Origin: an uncultured Nitrososphaerota archaeon | GTDB lineage: Archaea; Thermoproteota; Nitrososphaeria; Nitrososphaerales; Gagatemarchaeaceae | Reading direction: 5' to 3' | DNA: 64,000 nt | Assembly (NCBI GenBank): GCA_963703285.1 | Contig: OY969807.1 | Span: 2,176,001-2,240,000, forward strand | Shown: positions 21,300 to 31,551 of the stretch, piece after piece | How the letters are laid out: each line of letters opens with the position of its first letter | Numbering within the stretch: the stretch's first letter is position 1 | Made by a program: the position numbers and the translations under genes | The notes under the pieces: model-generated | The model's database searches: none | Seen by the model: only the letters and a program-made list of their open reading frames with translations | What the model was told of the DNA's origin: nothing

Positions 21300-22483
21300 A
21301 CACGATCGAGACGGAGGACCTCCACGGTCCGCAGACGTATCAGAAGTTCCCCGTTGTGATAGTCCGGGGTTCGGGGGCCGAGGTGTGGGACGACCACGGG
21401 AACCCCTACATCGACTGCATGGGAGGGTACGGGGTGGCGATCGTCGGCCACTGCAACCCCGACGTCGTGGAGGCCATACGAGCGCAGGCCGGGAAGCTCA
21501 TAACCTGCCACGCGTCCCTCTACAACGACGCCAGGGCGACGTTCCTCGAGAAGCTCGTCTCGTGCACCCCCAGGGGGCTCGACGCGGCCTTCCTCTCCAA
21601 CAGCGGGGCCGAGGCCAACGAGGTGGCCATAAAGCTCGCCAAGAAGTTCACAGGGAAGAGGGGGATAGTCGCAATGAAGGGCGCCTTCCACGGAAAGACC
21701 GCCGGCGCGCTCTCCGCCACGTGGTCGAAGAAGTACAAGGAGCCGTTCGAGCCCCTCCTCCAAGGGTTCAAGCACGTGGAGTTCGGGAACCTCGCCGAGC
21801 TCGAGGCCGCGATCGACCCCGAGACGGCGGGCGTGATGCTGGAGCCAATCCAGGGCGAAGGAGGGATCATCCTGCCTCCCCCCGACTACCTGAAGGGTGT
21901 CAGGGAGCTCTGCGACAGACGCGGGCTCCTGATGATCGCAGACGAGGTCCAGTCGGGCCTCGGTCGCACGGGCAAGATGTGGGCGGTCGAGAACTGGGGG
22001 GTCGTCCCCGACGTGCTTGTGGTCGCAAAGGGGCTCGCCGGGGGAGTCCCCATAGGAGCCACGGTTGCGAGGAGCGATATCCTGTGGTCGCTGAAGAAGG
22101 GGGAGCAGACCAGCACCTTCGGGGGGAACCCGCTCTCCTGCGCGGCGGGGACCGCGACGCTCGACTACATCATACGGAACGACCTCCCCGGCCAGGCTGC
22201 CTCCAAGGGGTCGCTCTTCTTGGACCGGCTCCGAGCGCTCGTGGGGAGACACAGGATCGGGAGGGAGGCGAGGGGCCTCGGGCTCATGCTGGCCCTGGAG
22301 ATGAGGGTGGACATCCAGAACATACTGATGCGGTCGCTCGAGGAACGCGTCCTCTTCACGTACTCCGGGAGGACCGTGGTCCGCCTGCTCCCGCCGCTCG
22401 TCATCTCCGAGCAGCAGATACTGCGCACTGTGGACGCCCTCGACAGGGTCATCTCGGCGGAGGAGGCGAAGCCAGCTGGATAG
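21296..22483 (+). CDS. lysJ: LysW-semialdehyde aminotransferase (LysJ/ArgD)
   Basis: NSGAEANE, FHGKT, EPIQGEGG, DEVQSG, AKGLAGG, TFGGNP. Confidence 0.93.
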   Translation: MNTIETEDLHGPQTYQKFPVVIVRGSGAEVWDDHGNPYIDCMGGYGVAIVGHCNPDVVEAIRAQAGKLITCHASLYNDARATFLEKLVSCTPRGLDAAFLSNSGAEANEVAIKLAKKFTGKRGIVAMKGAFHGKTAGALSATWSKKYKEPFEPLLQGFKHVEFGNLAELEAAIDPETAGVMLEPIQGEGGIILPPPDYLKGVRELCDRRGLLMIADEVQSGLGRTGKMWAVENWGVVPDVLVVAKGLAGGVPIGATVARSDILWSLKKGEQTSTFGGNPLSCAAGTATLDYIIRNDLPGQAASKGSLFLDRLRALVGRHRIGREARGLGLMLALEMRVDIQNILMRSLEERVLFTYSGRTVVRLLPPLVISEQQILRTVDALDRVISAEEAKPAG

Positions 22484-22889
22484 TATCGACGAGCGGATAC
22501 TGGAACTCCTCCGGGCCGACTCGCGCACTTCGTTCGTGAAAGTCGCCTCCAAGGTCGGCCTGTCCGAGGCGGCGGTCCGGCGCAGGATATCCATCCTTCT
22601 CAAGGATGGGACCATAAAGCGGTTCACAATCGAGGTCAACGAACCGGAGCTCACGAGCGCGATAACATACGTCTCCGTGAGCCCGTCGTACCCCACATCC
22701 GAGGTTAGCCGGAGCATAAGGACGGTCGCGGGGGTGGAGACTATCTACGAGACCACGGGGCAGTTCGACATTGCAGCCATAATCAGGGGACCGAACATCG
22801 CAGAGGTCAACAAGTCCGTCGAGGAGATCCGCAGGATAGGCGGGGTTCTCAACACCAACACCACAATAATACTCCGCACAATCCGCTGA
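22476..22889 (+). CDS. Lrp/AsnC family regulator (LysM-like), probable CTG start
   Basis: (M)DSIDERILELLRADSRTSF..VASKVGLSEAAVRRRI, YETTGQFD; GGAGG upstream. Confidence 0.88.
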   Translation: MDSIDERILELLRADSRTSFVKVASKVGLSEAAVRRRISILLKDGTIKRFTIEVNEPELTSAITYVSVSPSYPTSEVSRSIRTVAGVETIYETTGQFDIAAIIRGPNIAEVNKSVEEIRRIGGVLNTNTTIILRTIR

Positions 22890-22952
22890 AGGGAGTCGAG
22901 TATCGTTAATAACGTCACGAAGAGACCATCCGAATTGCGGTAGCCGCTAGAG

Positions 22953-23801
22953 ATGACATCGTTCACCCTCCTGTACGACGTGATACGCTGGGAAGAGAAG
23001 GCGATAGCGAACGCCGCTAAGCGGAAGGGCGTGGACCTCCATCTCGTCGACGCGCGCGAGCTAGCTCTGGACGTAACCGCCAAGTCTAGCGGGATTGCCG
23101 ACCACCTTATCCTCGAGAGGTGCGTCTCCCACTACAGGAACATCCACGCCACGGCGGCGCTCGAGTCGCTGGGGCACCGGGTCGTCAACTCGTTCCAGGC
23201 GGCCCAGATCTCCAGCGACAAGCTCTTCGGGAGCCTGGCGCTCGCCCGCGCCGGGATTCCTACGCCGCGGACATTCGTCGCCTTCACCCAGGAGGCCGCG
23301 CTGAGGTCGCTGGAGAAGCTCGGCTATCCCGCCGTCCTGAAGCCGGTGGTCGGCAGCTGGGGCAGGCTCTCAGCCCTGCTCAAGGACAGCGACTTCGCGA
23401 CCGCCATACTCGAGGACAGGGAGTACATGTACCCGATGTACCAGGTCTACTACCTCCAAGAGTTCGTGAAGCGCCCGCCCCGGGACATCAGGTCGTTCGT
23501 CGTCGGCGACAGGACGGTGGCCGCCATCTATCGCCTATCCTCGTCGGACTGGAGGACCAACACCGCGAGGGGAGGAAAGGCCCTGGACTGCCCGGTAACG
23601 CCGGAGCTGGACGAGCTCTCGCTCAGGTCCGCCAAGGCGGTCGGGGGCGAGATAGTGGGCGTCGACCTGATGGAATCCCCCGATGGCCCGGTGGTCCACG
23701 AAGTGAACAACACGACCGAATTCAAGAACACCGTGCCGGCGACCGGGGTAGACATCCCCGGACTCATCGTGGACTACCTCGTCTCGCTGGAGAAGAGATG
23801 A
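22953..23801 (+). CDS. lysX: Alpha-aminoadipate--LysW ligase LysX
   Basis: KPVVGSWGR, WRTNTARGG, EVNNTTEFKN. Confidence 0.85.
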   Translation: MTSFTLLYDVIRWEEKAIANAAKRKGVDLHLVDARELALDVTAKSSGIADHLILERCVSHYRNIHATAALESLGHRVVNSFQAAQISSDKLFGSLALARAGIPTPRTFVAFTQEAALRSLEKLGYPAVLKPVVGSWGRLSALLKDSDFATAILEDREYMYPMYQVYYLQEFVKRPPRDIRSFVVGDRTVAAIYRLSSSDWRTNTARGGKALDCPVTPELDELSLRSAKAVGGEIVGVDLMESPDGPVVHEVNNTTEFKNTVPATGVDIPGLIVDYLVSLEKR

Positions 23802-23805
23802 GCCC

Positions 23806-24894
23806 TTGGAGGACGAAGTCAGTCTCCTCCTCGACTCGCTGAGGATCTACTCGCCTTCGAGGAAGGAGTCTCGGCTCTCCGCCATGCTCCAATCGAGGAT
23901 GCGAGGCCGCGGCTTCAGGAACGTGCGGACGGACGGGGCCGGGAACGCGATAGGCGAGGTGGGGAGCGGGCGCCGTCACCTGCTGCTCTGCGGACACATG
24001 GACACTGTTCCGGGCATGATGAGCGTGCGCACCGAGGGCGAGAGGATCTACGGCCGGGGGGCCGCCGACGCCAAGTCGCCACTCTGCGCGATGATGTCCG
24101 CGGCCGCCTCTTGCAGGGACGCCCCCCTGAGGGTGACCATGGCCTGCGTGACGAGGGAGGAAGGCGACAGCCTCGGGGTGAACACGCTGATCGACGCCGG
24201 GGGTGACTACGACGCAGCGGTCTTCGGGGAGCCGGGAGGCGCTCACCGGGTGGCGGTCGGCTACAGGGGCCGGTTCGAGGGCGTGCTCCGCGTCGAGACG
24301 CGCGGAGGTCACGCCTCCTCGTCCTGGGCGCACGCGAGCGCCGTCGACGAGGCGCTGGAGGTCGTCTCCGCGATGCGTCAATACGAGAAGGGCAGGTCGC
24401 TCGAGGGGGACCACTACCGCTCGGTGAACGTCTCTGTCACCATGATTCGAGGCGGGAGTTACTCCAACGTCATCCCAAAGTCTTGCTCTGTGACGCTCGA
24501 CGTGAGGACCCCGCCAGGGACGGCGTCGGCCGAGGTCCAGTCCAGCCTTGCGGGAATCGTCGAGGCTCGCGCGAGGGAGCGACCCGACGTCGGTTTCGAC
24601 CTCAGGTTCTCCGAAGCCACCGAATCCTATGAGGCTCCCAAGGACTCCCTGATCGTCAGGGCGTTCCAGCGGTCGATCATCAAGAACCTCTCCACGAGGC
24701 CCGTCCTCTCCCACAAGACGGGGACCGGGGACATGAACACCCTCGCTCAGCGGATGAGAATCCCCTGCGTGACCTACGGGCCGGGCGACTCCAGACTCGA
24801 GCACACCGAAGGCGAATACGTCGAGGTTCACGACTACCTGAACTCGATTGCCGTCCTCAAGGGCGCGATCCTCGAGTTCGCCTCCATGAAGTGA
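23806..24894 (+). CDS. lysK: LysW-lysine/ornithine hydrolase (LysK/ArgE, M20 peptidase)
   Basis: GHMDTVPG, GRGAADAK, REE, GEP, TGDMN, YGPGD...H. Confidence 0.93.
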   Translation: MEDEVSLLLDSLRIYSPSRKESRLSAMLQSRMRGRGFRNVRTDGAGNAIGEVGSGRRHLLLCGHMDTVPGMMSVRTEGERIYGRGAADAKSPLCAMMSAAASCRDAPLRVTMACVTREEGDSLGVNTLIDAGGDYDAAVFGEPGGAHRVAVGYRGRFEGVLRVETRGGHASSSWAHASAVDEALEVVSAMRQYEKGRSLEGDHYRSVNVSVTMIRGGSYSNVIPKSCSVTLDVRTPPGTASAEVQSSLAGIVEARARERPDVGFDLRFSEATESYEAPKDSLIVRAFQRSIIKNLSTRPVLSHKTGTGDMNTLAQRMRIPCVTYGPGDSRLEHTEGEYVEVHDYLNSIAVLKGAILEFASMK

Positions 24895-24971
24895 TCGTCC
24901 GCGGTCGCGAACCGAGGAAAAGGAGATAGACGCCGCGCGACGGGGTCACGCTCACCCCGAGTCCCATACAG

Positions 24972-26327
24972 ATGAGCGGCAACGAACCCCCCATAGACAA
25001 CCACCGGCCCGGCCGGACCGCCTGGTCCCTCACGCTCCTGCCCCTGAACGCAGGCGTCCAGGGGTTCAGCACCATGGTCCCTCTCTACATCCTGAGCCTC
25101 GGCGGGTCCGTCGTCGACGTGGGGCTCATCACAACGCTGTACAACCTCGTGATAATACCGTCCTCGATCTTCTGGGGTAGGCTTACCGACAGGCTTGCAC
25201 GGAGGAAGCCGTTCTTCTTCGTCACCTGCGGCGGGTGCACCTTCATCTTCTTCCTCATGTACCTCTTCCCCCACCTCGGCTCCCTGGCTGTCCTCTACAC
25301 CTTGCTGGGCGTCGTCATAAGCGCGAACTCTGCTGCGACGAACCTGCTGGTCATGGAGACCTCCGAGAAGAAGCACTGGATGTCGTCCTTCTCAAGGCTC
25401 AACCTGATCGCCAGCGTCGGCTCGGTCATCGGCCTCGCTGTCGGGTCGTTGTGGACGACCGCGCTCCCGCTGAGGGAGTTCCTCCTCTTCTGCACGGCCG
25501 CCACAGCCTTCTCGATACTCCTTACGTACACGCGCATCTCCGAGCCCCCCGTCACCCTCGAGACCGCGCAACTCTCCGCGCACCCGTCGGGTTACCTGGC
25601 CAGGATATACTACGGGATGACCTCGGTCCTGAGCCATCTGGTCGTCTCCCCGCCCTCTCCGAAGGAGGTCCTTCGCTCTATCCGGGCGACGAAGGCCGGA
25701 GCGATGACCGGGCGCTCGCTGCTCTTCGTCTCGATGTTCCTCTTCATGATCGCGACCGCGCTCCTCAACACGTCGTTCGCCCCATTCCTCTCGGAATACG
25801 GGGTGATGTACAACGAGATTTTCGCTGTCTCCCTGATCAACATAACCCTCCAGATCGGGATATACAGGTGGGTCGGCGACATCATCCGCCGGTTCGGAGG
25901 GGTGCGCCTCGCATCCTACGTCGTGATGATTCGTGCCGCGCTCTACATGGTCTTCGCCGTCTCGGCCCTCGCCTTCCACGGCCTTCCCCTCTTCGTCATC
26001 GCCGCGGCGTTCTACGGCCTCATAGGCGTGGTCTACGCCATCTGGAACTCCGCGACCTCGGTTACGCTGATGTCCACCCTGGGGCAGGCGAGGCAGGGGA
26101 ACGTTCTGGGAGGCTACGCAGCCCTGGGTGCGCTCGGGACGGTCGTGGGTTCCCTATTCACGGGGTACATATCCTACTACCAGGGATACTCGACGACGTT
26201 CACGACAGCAGCCGCCGTCATGCTCGTCTCATTCTTCGTGCTCGAGGCGTCGCTGAAGGCGCTGGGCTACGCGACCAGACGTCCGAAGGGACCCGAGCCG
26301 CCCGGGGACGGGTCCGCTAGTCGATGA
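24972..26327 (+). CDS. MFS transporter
   Basis: 12 hydrophobic segments, WGRLTDRLARRK motif A. Confidence 0.88.
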   Translation: MSGNEPPIDNHRPGRTAWSLTLLPLNAGVQGFSTMVPLYILSLGGSVVDVGLITTLYNLVIIPSSIFWGRLTDRLARRKPFFFVTCGGCTFIFFLMYLFPHLGSLAVLYTLLGVVISANSAATNLLVMETSEKKHWMSSFSRLNLIASVGSVIGLAVGSLWTTALPLREFLLFCTAATAFSILLTYTRISEPPVTLETAQLSAHPSGYLARIYYGMTSVLSHLVVSPPSPKEVLRSIRATKAGAMTGRSLLFVSMFLFMIATALLNTSFAPFLSEYGVMYNEIFAVSLINITLQIGIYRWVGDIIRRFGGVRLASYVVMIRAALYMVFAVSALAFHGLPLFVIAAAFYGLIGVVYAIWNSATSVTLMSTLGQARQGNVLGGYAALGALGTVVGSLFTGYISYYQGYSTTFTTAAAVMLVSFFVLEASLKALGYATRRPKGPEPPGDGSASR

Positions 26328-27537
26328 GCTTGTACTTCAGCCGCGCCTTGCCGAGGGCGGAGACGAGCGACTTCGTGTGCTCGATGTTCTGTGTCTCCAG
26401 GTTCAGCGTGACCTCGGCCCTTCCTATGGGGACGTCGCGGCCCGCCCTCTCGTGCTCCACGCTTATGACGTTCGCCCGCGTCTCCGCGACCACCGTGAGC
26501 ATGTCGCTCAGGGCTCTAGGCTTGTCAGAGAGGGTGATCCTCACCCTGAGGAGGCGGTGGGCATTCTCGAGACCCTTGGTGACTATCTGTTCGAGGATGT
26601 ACATGTCTATGTTCCCGCCGCTGACCACCACCCCGCACTTCTCACCCTTCGCCTTCACGAGGCCCGCCAGGCACGCCGCGACGCCGACAGCCCCAGCCGG
26701 CTCCGCGACCGTCTTCATCCTCTCCAGCATCAGGAACTCGGCCTCGGCGATCTTGCTGTCGCTGACGAGGACGAAGTCGTCCACGAGGTTCCGGATGAGC
26801 CTGTAGTCCAGCTTCCCCGGGTGCTTCACAGCTATGCCGTCGGCTATAGTCTCCTCCGCCTTGAACGGCACTATCCTCGCCGTCTTGAAGGCCATGTACA
26901 TCCCCGGGAACGCCTGGGACTGGACGCCCACTATCTTCGTCCTCGGGCTGATCGCCTTCGAGGCGACGGCAATCCCGGCGATGAGACCCCCTCCTCCCAC
27001 CGGGACGATCAGCGTCCCCAGGTCCGGCTGGACCTCGAGCATCTCGAGCCCCACCGTCCCCTGCCCCGCGATGACCTTGGGGTCGTCGAACGGATGGATG
27101 AACGTGCTCCCCTCCTTGGATGATATGCTCCTCGCCATCTCCACGGTCTCGTCGAAGGATGACCCGTAGAGGACCACCCTCGCCCCGTAGCCCTTCGTCG
27201 CGTCAATCTTCGCCGGCGACGCGCTCTCGGGCATGACTATCGTGGACTTCGTGTCGAGCAGCGTGGCTGCGTGGGCCACCCCCTGGGCGTGGTTCCCAGC
27301 CGAGGCTGCGATGACGCCCTTCCTTCTGTCCGATTCGGAGAGCGAGTAGATCTTGTTGTAGGCGCCCCTTAGCTTGAAGGACCCCGTCCTCTGGAGGTTC
27401 TCCATCTTGAGGTACAGGTCCATCCCCGAGAGGTCGCCCAGCGTCCTGGAGGTGTCCAGCGGTGTCTTCCTCGCCACCCCCGCCAGCACCGCCGCGGCCT
27501 CCTCCACGTCCTTCAGCGTAACTTCCTGCTCGGTCAA
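26317..27537 (-). CDS. ilvA: Threonine ammonia-lyase with C-terminal ACT domain
   Basis: ENLQRTGSFKLRGA, SAGNHAQG, VGGGGLI, SGGNID. Confidence 0.93.
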   Translation of the reverse strand: MTEQEVTLKDVEEAAAVLAGVARKTPLDTSRTLGDLSGMDLYLKMENLQRTGSFKLRGAYNKIYSLSESDRRKGVIAASAGNHAQGVAHAATLLDTKSTIVMPESASPAKIDATKGYGARVVLYGSSFDETVEMARSISSKEGSTFIHPFDDPKVIAGQGTVGLEMLEVQPDLGTLIVPVGGGGLIAGIAVASKAISPRTKIVGVQSQAFPGMYMAFKTARIVPFKAEETIADGIAVKHPGKLDYRLIRNLVDDFVLVSDSKIAEAEFLMLERMKTVAEPAGAVGVAACLAGLVKAKGEKCGVVVSGGNIDMYILEQIVTKGLENAHRLLRVRITLSDKPRALSDMLTVVAETRANVISVEHERAGRDVPIGRAEVTLNLETQNIEHTKSLVSALGKARLKYKLID

Positions 27538-28292
27538 ACTCTCCTTCCCTCGAAAGGATCTCCCAAGTTCCAGGCTGGGTCGAGGTACCTGGGCAGGACG
27601 GAATCCATCACGGTCCTCTCCCCTGGAGTGGGCGTACCGAGCTCAATCTCTCTCCCAATCTCGTCCTCCACGACGTGCCGCATCGAGGCGATAAATGCAT
27701 CTGACCTCATGCCCGTGTTCGCCATCGTCGCCACCCTCGACCTCGTGTACCTCCTTTGCAGCCGCACGTCCGCAGGGCTCGTGAGGCTCGCCGCCTCGGC
27801 GAGGTCGGCTTCGAGCAGCATGGTCCCGTGGCAGAGGAGGCCCGACCTGGAGATGTACGCGGCCATCCCGCTCACCTTCCCTCCCTCCGAGAGGATCCTG
27901 TTTGGCTCCTCGAACCAGGTCTCGACGTCGCAGGCCGCGGCCGCCTTGACGACGACGCGGGAGCACATCCTGAACACCTCGCGAGCGTCCCAGAGGTACC
28001 TTATGCCCCCGGCCGCGTACCCGCTCCCGATGAAGATTGACCAGTTGGTGTTCCCGGGACCGTTGTAGACAGCCCCGCCCGCCGTCATCCTCCTCACCAC
28101 GGGTATCCCCTCCCTCTCGCACCGTCCCAGGTCCGTCTCATGGGCCGCTAGCTGGGCCCGGCCGATTATCACGGACCTCTCGTTGCTCCACAGTCTCAAG
28201 ATCAACCCCCGGTTCTCCTTGAGCAGCGCCTCCTCGAGCGCAAGGTTGGCACGAGCGCCCGCCCCTCCATCCACTATCAGCCTTGGCTCCAA
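27534..28292 (-). CDS. Lipoate-protein ligase A family (catalytic domain only)
   Basis: NLALEEALL, RRMTAGGAVY, KVSGMA, HGT. Confidence 0.85.
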   Translation of the reverse strand: MEPRLIVDGGAGARANLALEEALLKENRGLILRLWSNERSVIIGRAQLAAHETDLGRCEREGIPVVRRMTAGGAVYNGPGNTNWSIFIGSGYAAGGIRYLWDAREVFRMCSRVVVKAAAACDVETWFEEPNRILSEGGKVSGMAAYISRSGLLCHGTMLLEADLAEAASLTSPADVRLQRRYTRSRVATMANTGMRSDAFIASMRHVVEDEIGREIELGTPTPGERTVMDSVLPRYLDPAWNLGDPFEGRRV

Positions 28293-28351
28293 GCTACAAC
28301 TCCCTGCGGCGCGGCGCGTCTTTAAAGGCGATGTGGCAGCCCTCCCCTTGC

Positions 28352-28780
28352 TTGAGACACGACTACCGCTTCCTCCCGAACGTCGCCCTCGCCGACGTCG
28401 CGTTCCTCGCCAGGGGAGACTCGCCCGATACGCTTTTCGGGGCGTGCGCGGTGGCGCTCACCAGCGTGATGGTCGACCTGAGGAGCGTGCGGCCGGCGGT
28501 CGAGAGGGAGGTCAGCATCAGGGCGGGCGACCTCGACGGCCTCCTCTACGACTTCCTCACGGAGCTCATCGTGATGAAGGACGTAGAGTCGCTCCTCTTC
28601 AAGACCTTCGAGGTACGGGTCTCCCCCGACCTGCTCGGCCTCGTCTGCAGGATGAAGGGGGAGCGCATAGACCGAGTCAGGCACAGGCTCAGAAACGACG
28701 TCAAGGCGGTCACGATGCACATGTTCGGGGTGAGGCACGAGGAAGGGCGGTGGAAGGCCACAGTGGTCCTCGACATCTGA
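28352..28780 (+). CDS. Archease (RtcB cofactor)
   Basis: ADVAF, DVKAVTMH, C-terminal VVLDI; TATA (tttaaa) at 28321; upstream of rtcB. Confidence 0.92.
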   Translation: MRHDYRFLPNVALADVAFLARGDSPDTLFGACAVALTSVMVDLRSVRPAVEREVSIRAGDLDGLLYDFLTELIVMKDVESLLFKTFEVRVSPDLLGLVCRMKGERIDRVRHRLRNDVKAVTMHMFGVRHEEGRWKATVVLDI

Positions 28781-28838
28781 CAGCGGCAAAGACTTAAAGT
28801 CTGTCGCGAAGCGTGGCGAGCGAATCCGGTAGATCCTG

Positions 28839-30296
28839 ATGCCAGTTCCTCCGCAGACGAAGCAGATTTCAGAGGTAGTATGGGAGATTCCCCCAACCTA
28901 CAAGGAGGGAATGAACGTCCCGGCGCGGATCTATGCTACGAAGAAGCTACTCGGGGGTATGGACCAGGGCGTCATAGAGCAGGTCACGAACGTCGCATCC
29001 CTTCCGGGTATTCAGCGCTACTCCTACGCGATGGCCGACGCGCACTGGGGGTATGGGTTCCCGATAGGAGGAGTCGCCGCCTTCGACCCAGAAGTTGGAA
29101 TTATTTCGCCTGGAGGGATTGGTTTCGATATAAATTGCGGTATGCGCCTGATCCGCACGAACCTGAGGTTCAAGGAGGTCCAGCCCAAGGTCAGGGAGCT
29201 CGTCGACCTCCTCTTCCAGCTCGTCCCGACCGGGGTGGGCGTCAAGGGGTTCGTGAAGGTGAACCAGAACTCCTTCGAGGAGGTCATGAGGTGGGGCGTC
29301 AAGTGGTGCGGCGAGAACGGATACGGGTGGGAAGAGGACGCGCGGATGGTCGAGGAGGGAGGGTTCCTCAAGGGCGCCGACCCTTCCACGGTCAGCAGGC
29401 AGGCCTCGAGCCGCGGCATCTCCCAGCTCGGGACGCTGGGGTCGGGGAACCACTACCTGGAGATACAGGTCGTCGACCCGGGCCGTTTCTTTGACGCCAA
29501 GATGGCCAAGAACTTCGGCCTGGTGTATGAGGACCAGGTTGTCGTCATGATTCACTGCGGGTCGAGGGGGTTCGGCCACCAGATCGGCTCGGACTACCTT
29601 AGGGTCTTCGACGGCGCGATGAAGCGCTATGGCATCACCGTGAGGGACAGGGAGCTCGCGTGCGCCCCGTTCGCTTCCAAGGAGGGCCGTGACTACTACG
29701 GCGCGATGGCCTGCGCGGCAAACATGGCCTTCGCCAACCGCCAGGTGATAGTGCACCGGGTTAGGGAGGCGTTCCAGAAGGTCTTCCGCCGCGACCCGGA
29801 GGCGCTTGACATGCACATAATCTACGACGTCTGCCACAACATCGCCAAGGTGGAGAGGCACGCCCTCGACGGCGCGACCAGGGAGCTCGTCGTCCACAGG
29901 AAGGGGGCGACCAGGTCGTTCGGTCCGGGGCACCCAGACATCCCCGCGCACTACCGTCAGATCGGCCAGCCGGTAATCATCGGCGGCTCGATGGAGACGG
30001 GGTCGTACCTGCTCCTCGGGACGGCCAAGGCCATGACGGACACCTTCGGGTCGACCGCCCACGGCTCGGGGAGGACCATGTCCAGGACGGCCGCCAGGAG
30101 GGAGGTGAGCGGCGAGGCCCTGCAGAAGTCGATGGAGAAGAAGGGCATCTACGTGAAGGCGGCCACCTACGATGGGCTCGCCGAGGAGGCCGGGATGGCC
30201 TACAAGGACATCTCGGAGGTCGTGGAGACGATGCACACGGCCGGGATATCGCTCAAGGTCGCCGCCCTGCGACCCATAGGGAACATCAAGGGTTAG
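28839..30296 (+). CDS. rtcB: RNA-splicing ligase RtcB
   Basis: DAHWGYGFPIGG, GFDINCG, GSGNHY, HCGSRG, HNIAK, HRKGAT, HGSGR. Confidence 0.98.
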   Translation: MPVPPQTKQISEVVWEIPPTYKEGMNVPARIYATKKLLGGMDQGVIEQVTNVASLPGIQRYSYAMADAHWGYGFPIGGVAAFDPEVGIISPGGIGFDINCGMRLIRTNLRFKEVQPKVRELVDLLFQLVPTGVGVKGFVKVNQNSFEEVMRWGVKWCGENGYGWEEDARMVEEGGFLKGADPSTVSRQASSRGISQLGTLGSGNHYLEIQVVDPGRFFDAKMAKNFGLVYEDQVVVMIHCGSRGFGHQIGSDYLRVFDGAMKRYGITVRDRELACAPFASKEGRDYYGAMACAANMAFANRQVIVHRVREAFQKVFRRDPEALDMHIIYDVCHNIAKVERHALDGATRELVVHRKGATRSFGPGHPDIPAHYRQIGQPVIIGGSMETGSYLLLGTAKAMTDTFGSTAHGSGRTMSRTAARREVSGEALQKSMEKKGIYVKAATYDGLAEEAGMAYKDISEVVETMHTAGISLKVAALRPIGNIKG

Positions 30297-31066
30297 CCGA
30301 TGTAACCGGGCTGACCTGAGCGGTTGGCCCCGCGCGGGTCGACGCCTTGGTCCGACATGCTCTGGATCTGGCTCATAACCTGCTTCGCCTCAATCGCCCT
30401 GTCCCTGAGGGTCCTGAGGTCGATGCTGAGCTTCAGGACCCTGGAGAGGGACTCGAGCACGATCTGGGAGGCGACGGGGTCGACGAGGTACCCCGAGGTC
30501 TCCCCCAGGAGGCACGCCCCGTCCATCCCCAGCAACCCGGCCATAGCTATCACTATCCCGTTCATCCCGCTTATCCCTCCCTCCTTCATCGGCCTGACTC
30601 CGCTCTCCGTTAGCTCGGCGAGAAGCTCCTGCGAGGTCGCCGCGCCGAAGACGCGCTGCTCCGTCGTGAACCCCCCTGTGATGTAGGCTGCGAGGGAGAA
30701 GACCACCGTCGCCCCGAGCTTCTTCGCGGCCTGGAGGACCGCCTGCGAAAGCTCGTACTCGCCCTCGGATGTCGTGGGCTGGGCGTCGGCGGTGAAGACG
30801 AGCAAGTCGTTCCTCTGGCCGGTCTCGCAGTGGTAGAGCTCACCCCTGATCGCCCTCGCTACCCCCTGCTCGTTGACGTTCGCGTGGGGCGGGAAGCTGC
30901 CGGAGTAGAACTCCTCGAAGAGCACCCCCTTGAAGGACTCGATGAGGTGATCCGCCGCGAGCTTGCCGACGTAACCGCTGCCCGGCAGGCCGCAGACCAG
31001 GACCGGGCTCCTCACCTTCGGCTCGAGGAGGACCCGGGAGACTATCTCCTCCAGTCTGTCACCCAA
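30293..31066 (-). CDS. Proteasome assembly chaperone (PAC2/PbaB family)
   Basis: GLPGSGYVGKLAADHL, GACLLGETSGY.VDP. Confidence 0.88.
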   Translation of the reverse strand: MGDRLEEIVSRVLLEPKVRSPVLVCGLPGSGYVGKLAADHLIESFKGVLFEEFYSGSFPPHANVNEQGVARAIRGELYHCETGQRNDLLVFTADAQPTTSEGEYELSQAVLQAAKKLGATVVFSLAAYITGGFTTEQRVFGAATSQELLAELTESGVRPMKEGGISGMNGIVIAMAGLLGMDGACLLGETSGYLVDPVASQIVLESLSRVLKLSIDLRTLRDRAIEAKQVMSQIQSMSDQGVDPRGANRSGQPGYIG

Positions 31067-31448
31067 CTTGCTCTTCTTCCTTGTTGAACTTGAACTTGTC
31101 CTTCAGGTCGACGAACTTGCCCCTCTCCTCAACCTTGATCGAGGTCTTGAGGCTGAACCTAAGCCCCAGGGACCTGAAGACCTCCATCAGCTCACCGCCG
31201 CTTATCTTTCCCCCGTCCTTGTGCTCCTTGAGGTACTTGGCCAGGTAGTCCACCACGACCGGCGCCTCCTTGGGGTAGTAGGAATACGCGGCTTCGAGCA
31301 CCTCGTCGCCGCGGTCGTAGAGGTTCTCTAGCACAACCTCCCTGCTCGACTTCTCCTGGGGCTTCGGCGCGGTGGCCCGCTCCACGCGTCTCTTGAGTTG
31401 GGCCATCTTCCTCGCGTTGATCATCCGAAGCTCTGCGTCATCTTCCAA
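31059..31448 (-). CDS. PDCD5-like double-stranded DNA-binding domain protein
   Basis: DAELRMINARKM, DRGDEVL, ISGGELMEVFRSLG. Confidence 0.65.
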   Translation of the reverse strand: MEDDAELRMINARKMAQLKRRVERATAPKPQEKSSREVVLENLYDRGDEVLEAAYSYYPKEAPVVVDYLAKYLKEHKDGGKISGGELMEVFRSLGLRFSLKTSIKVEERGKFVDLKDKFKFNKEEEQVG

Positions 31449-31551
31449 GGTAGTTTGACAGCCCCCGGTCTCCAGTTAAATCCCTTTCTGGCGGCGCGGT
31501 CTATCGGGTGTCTCCCCTGGTGCTTATAGGGCCCACCGAGTTCGGACGACG

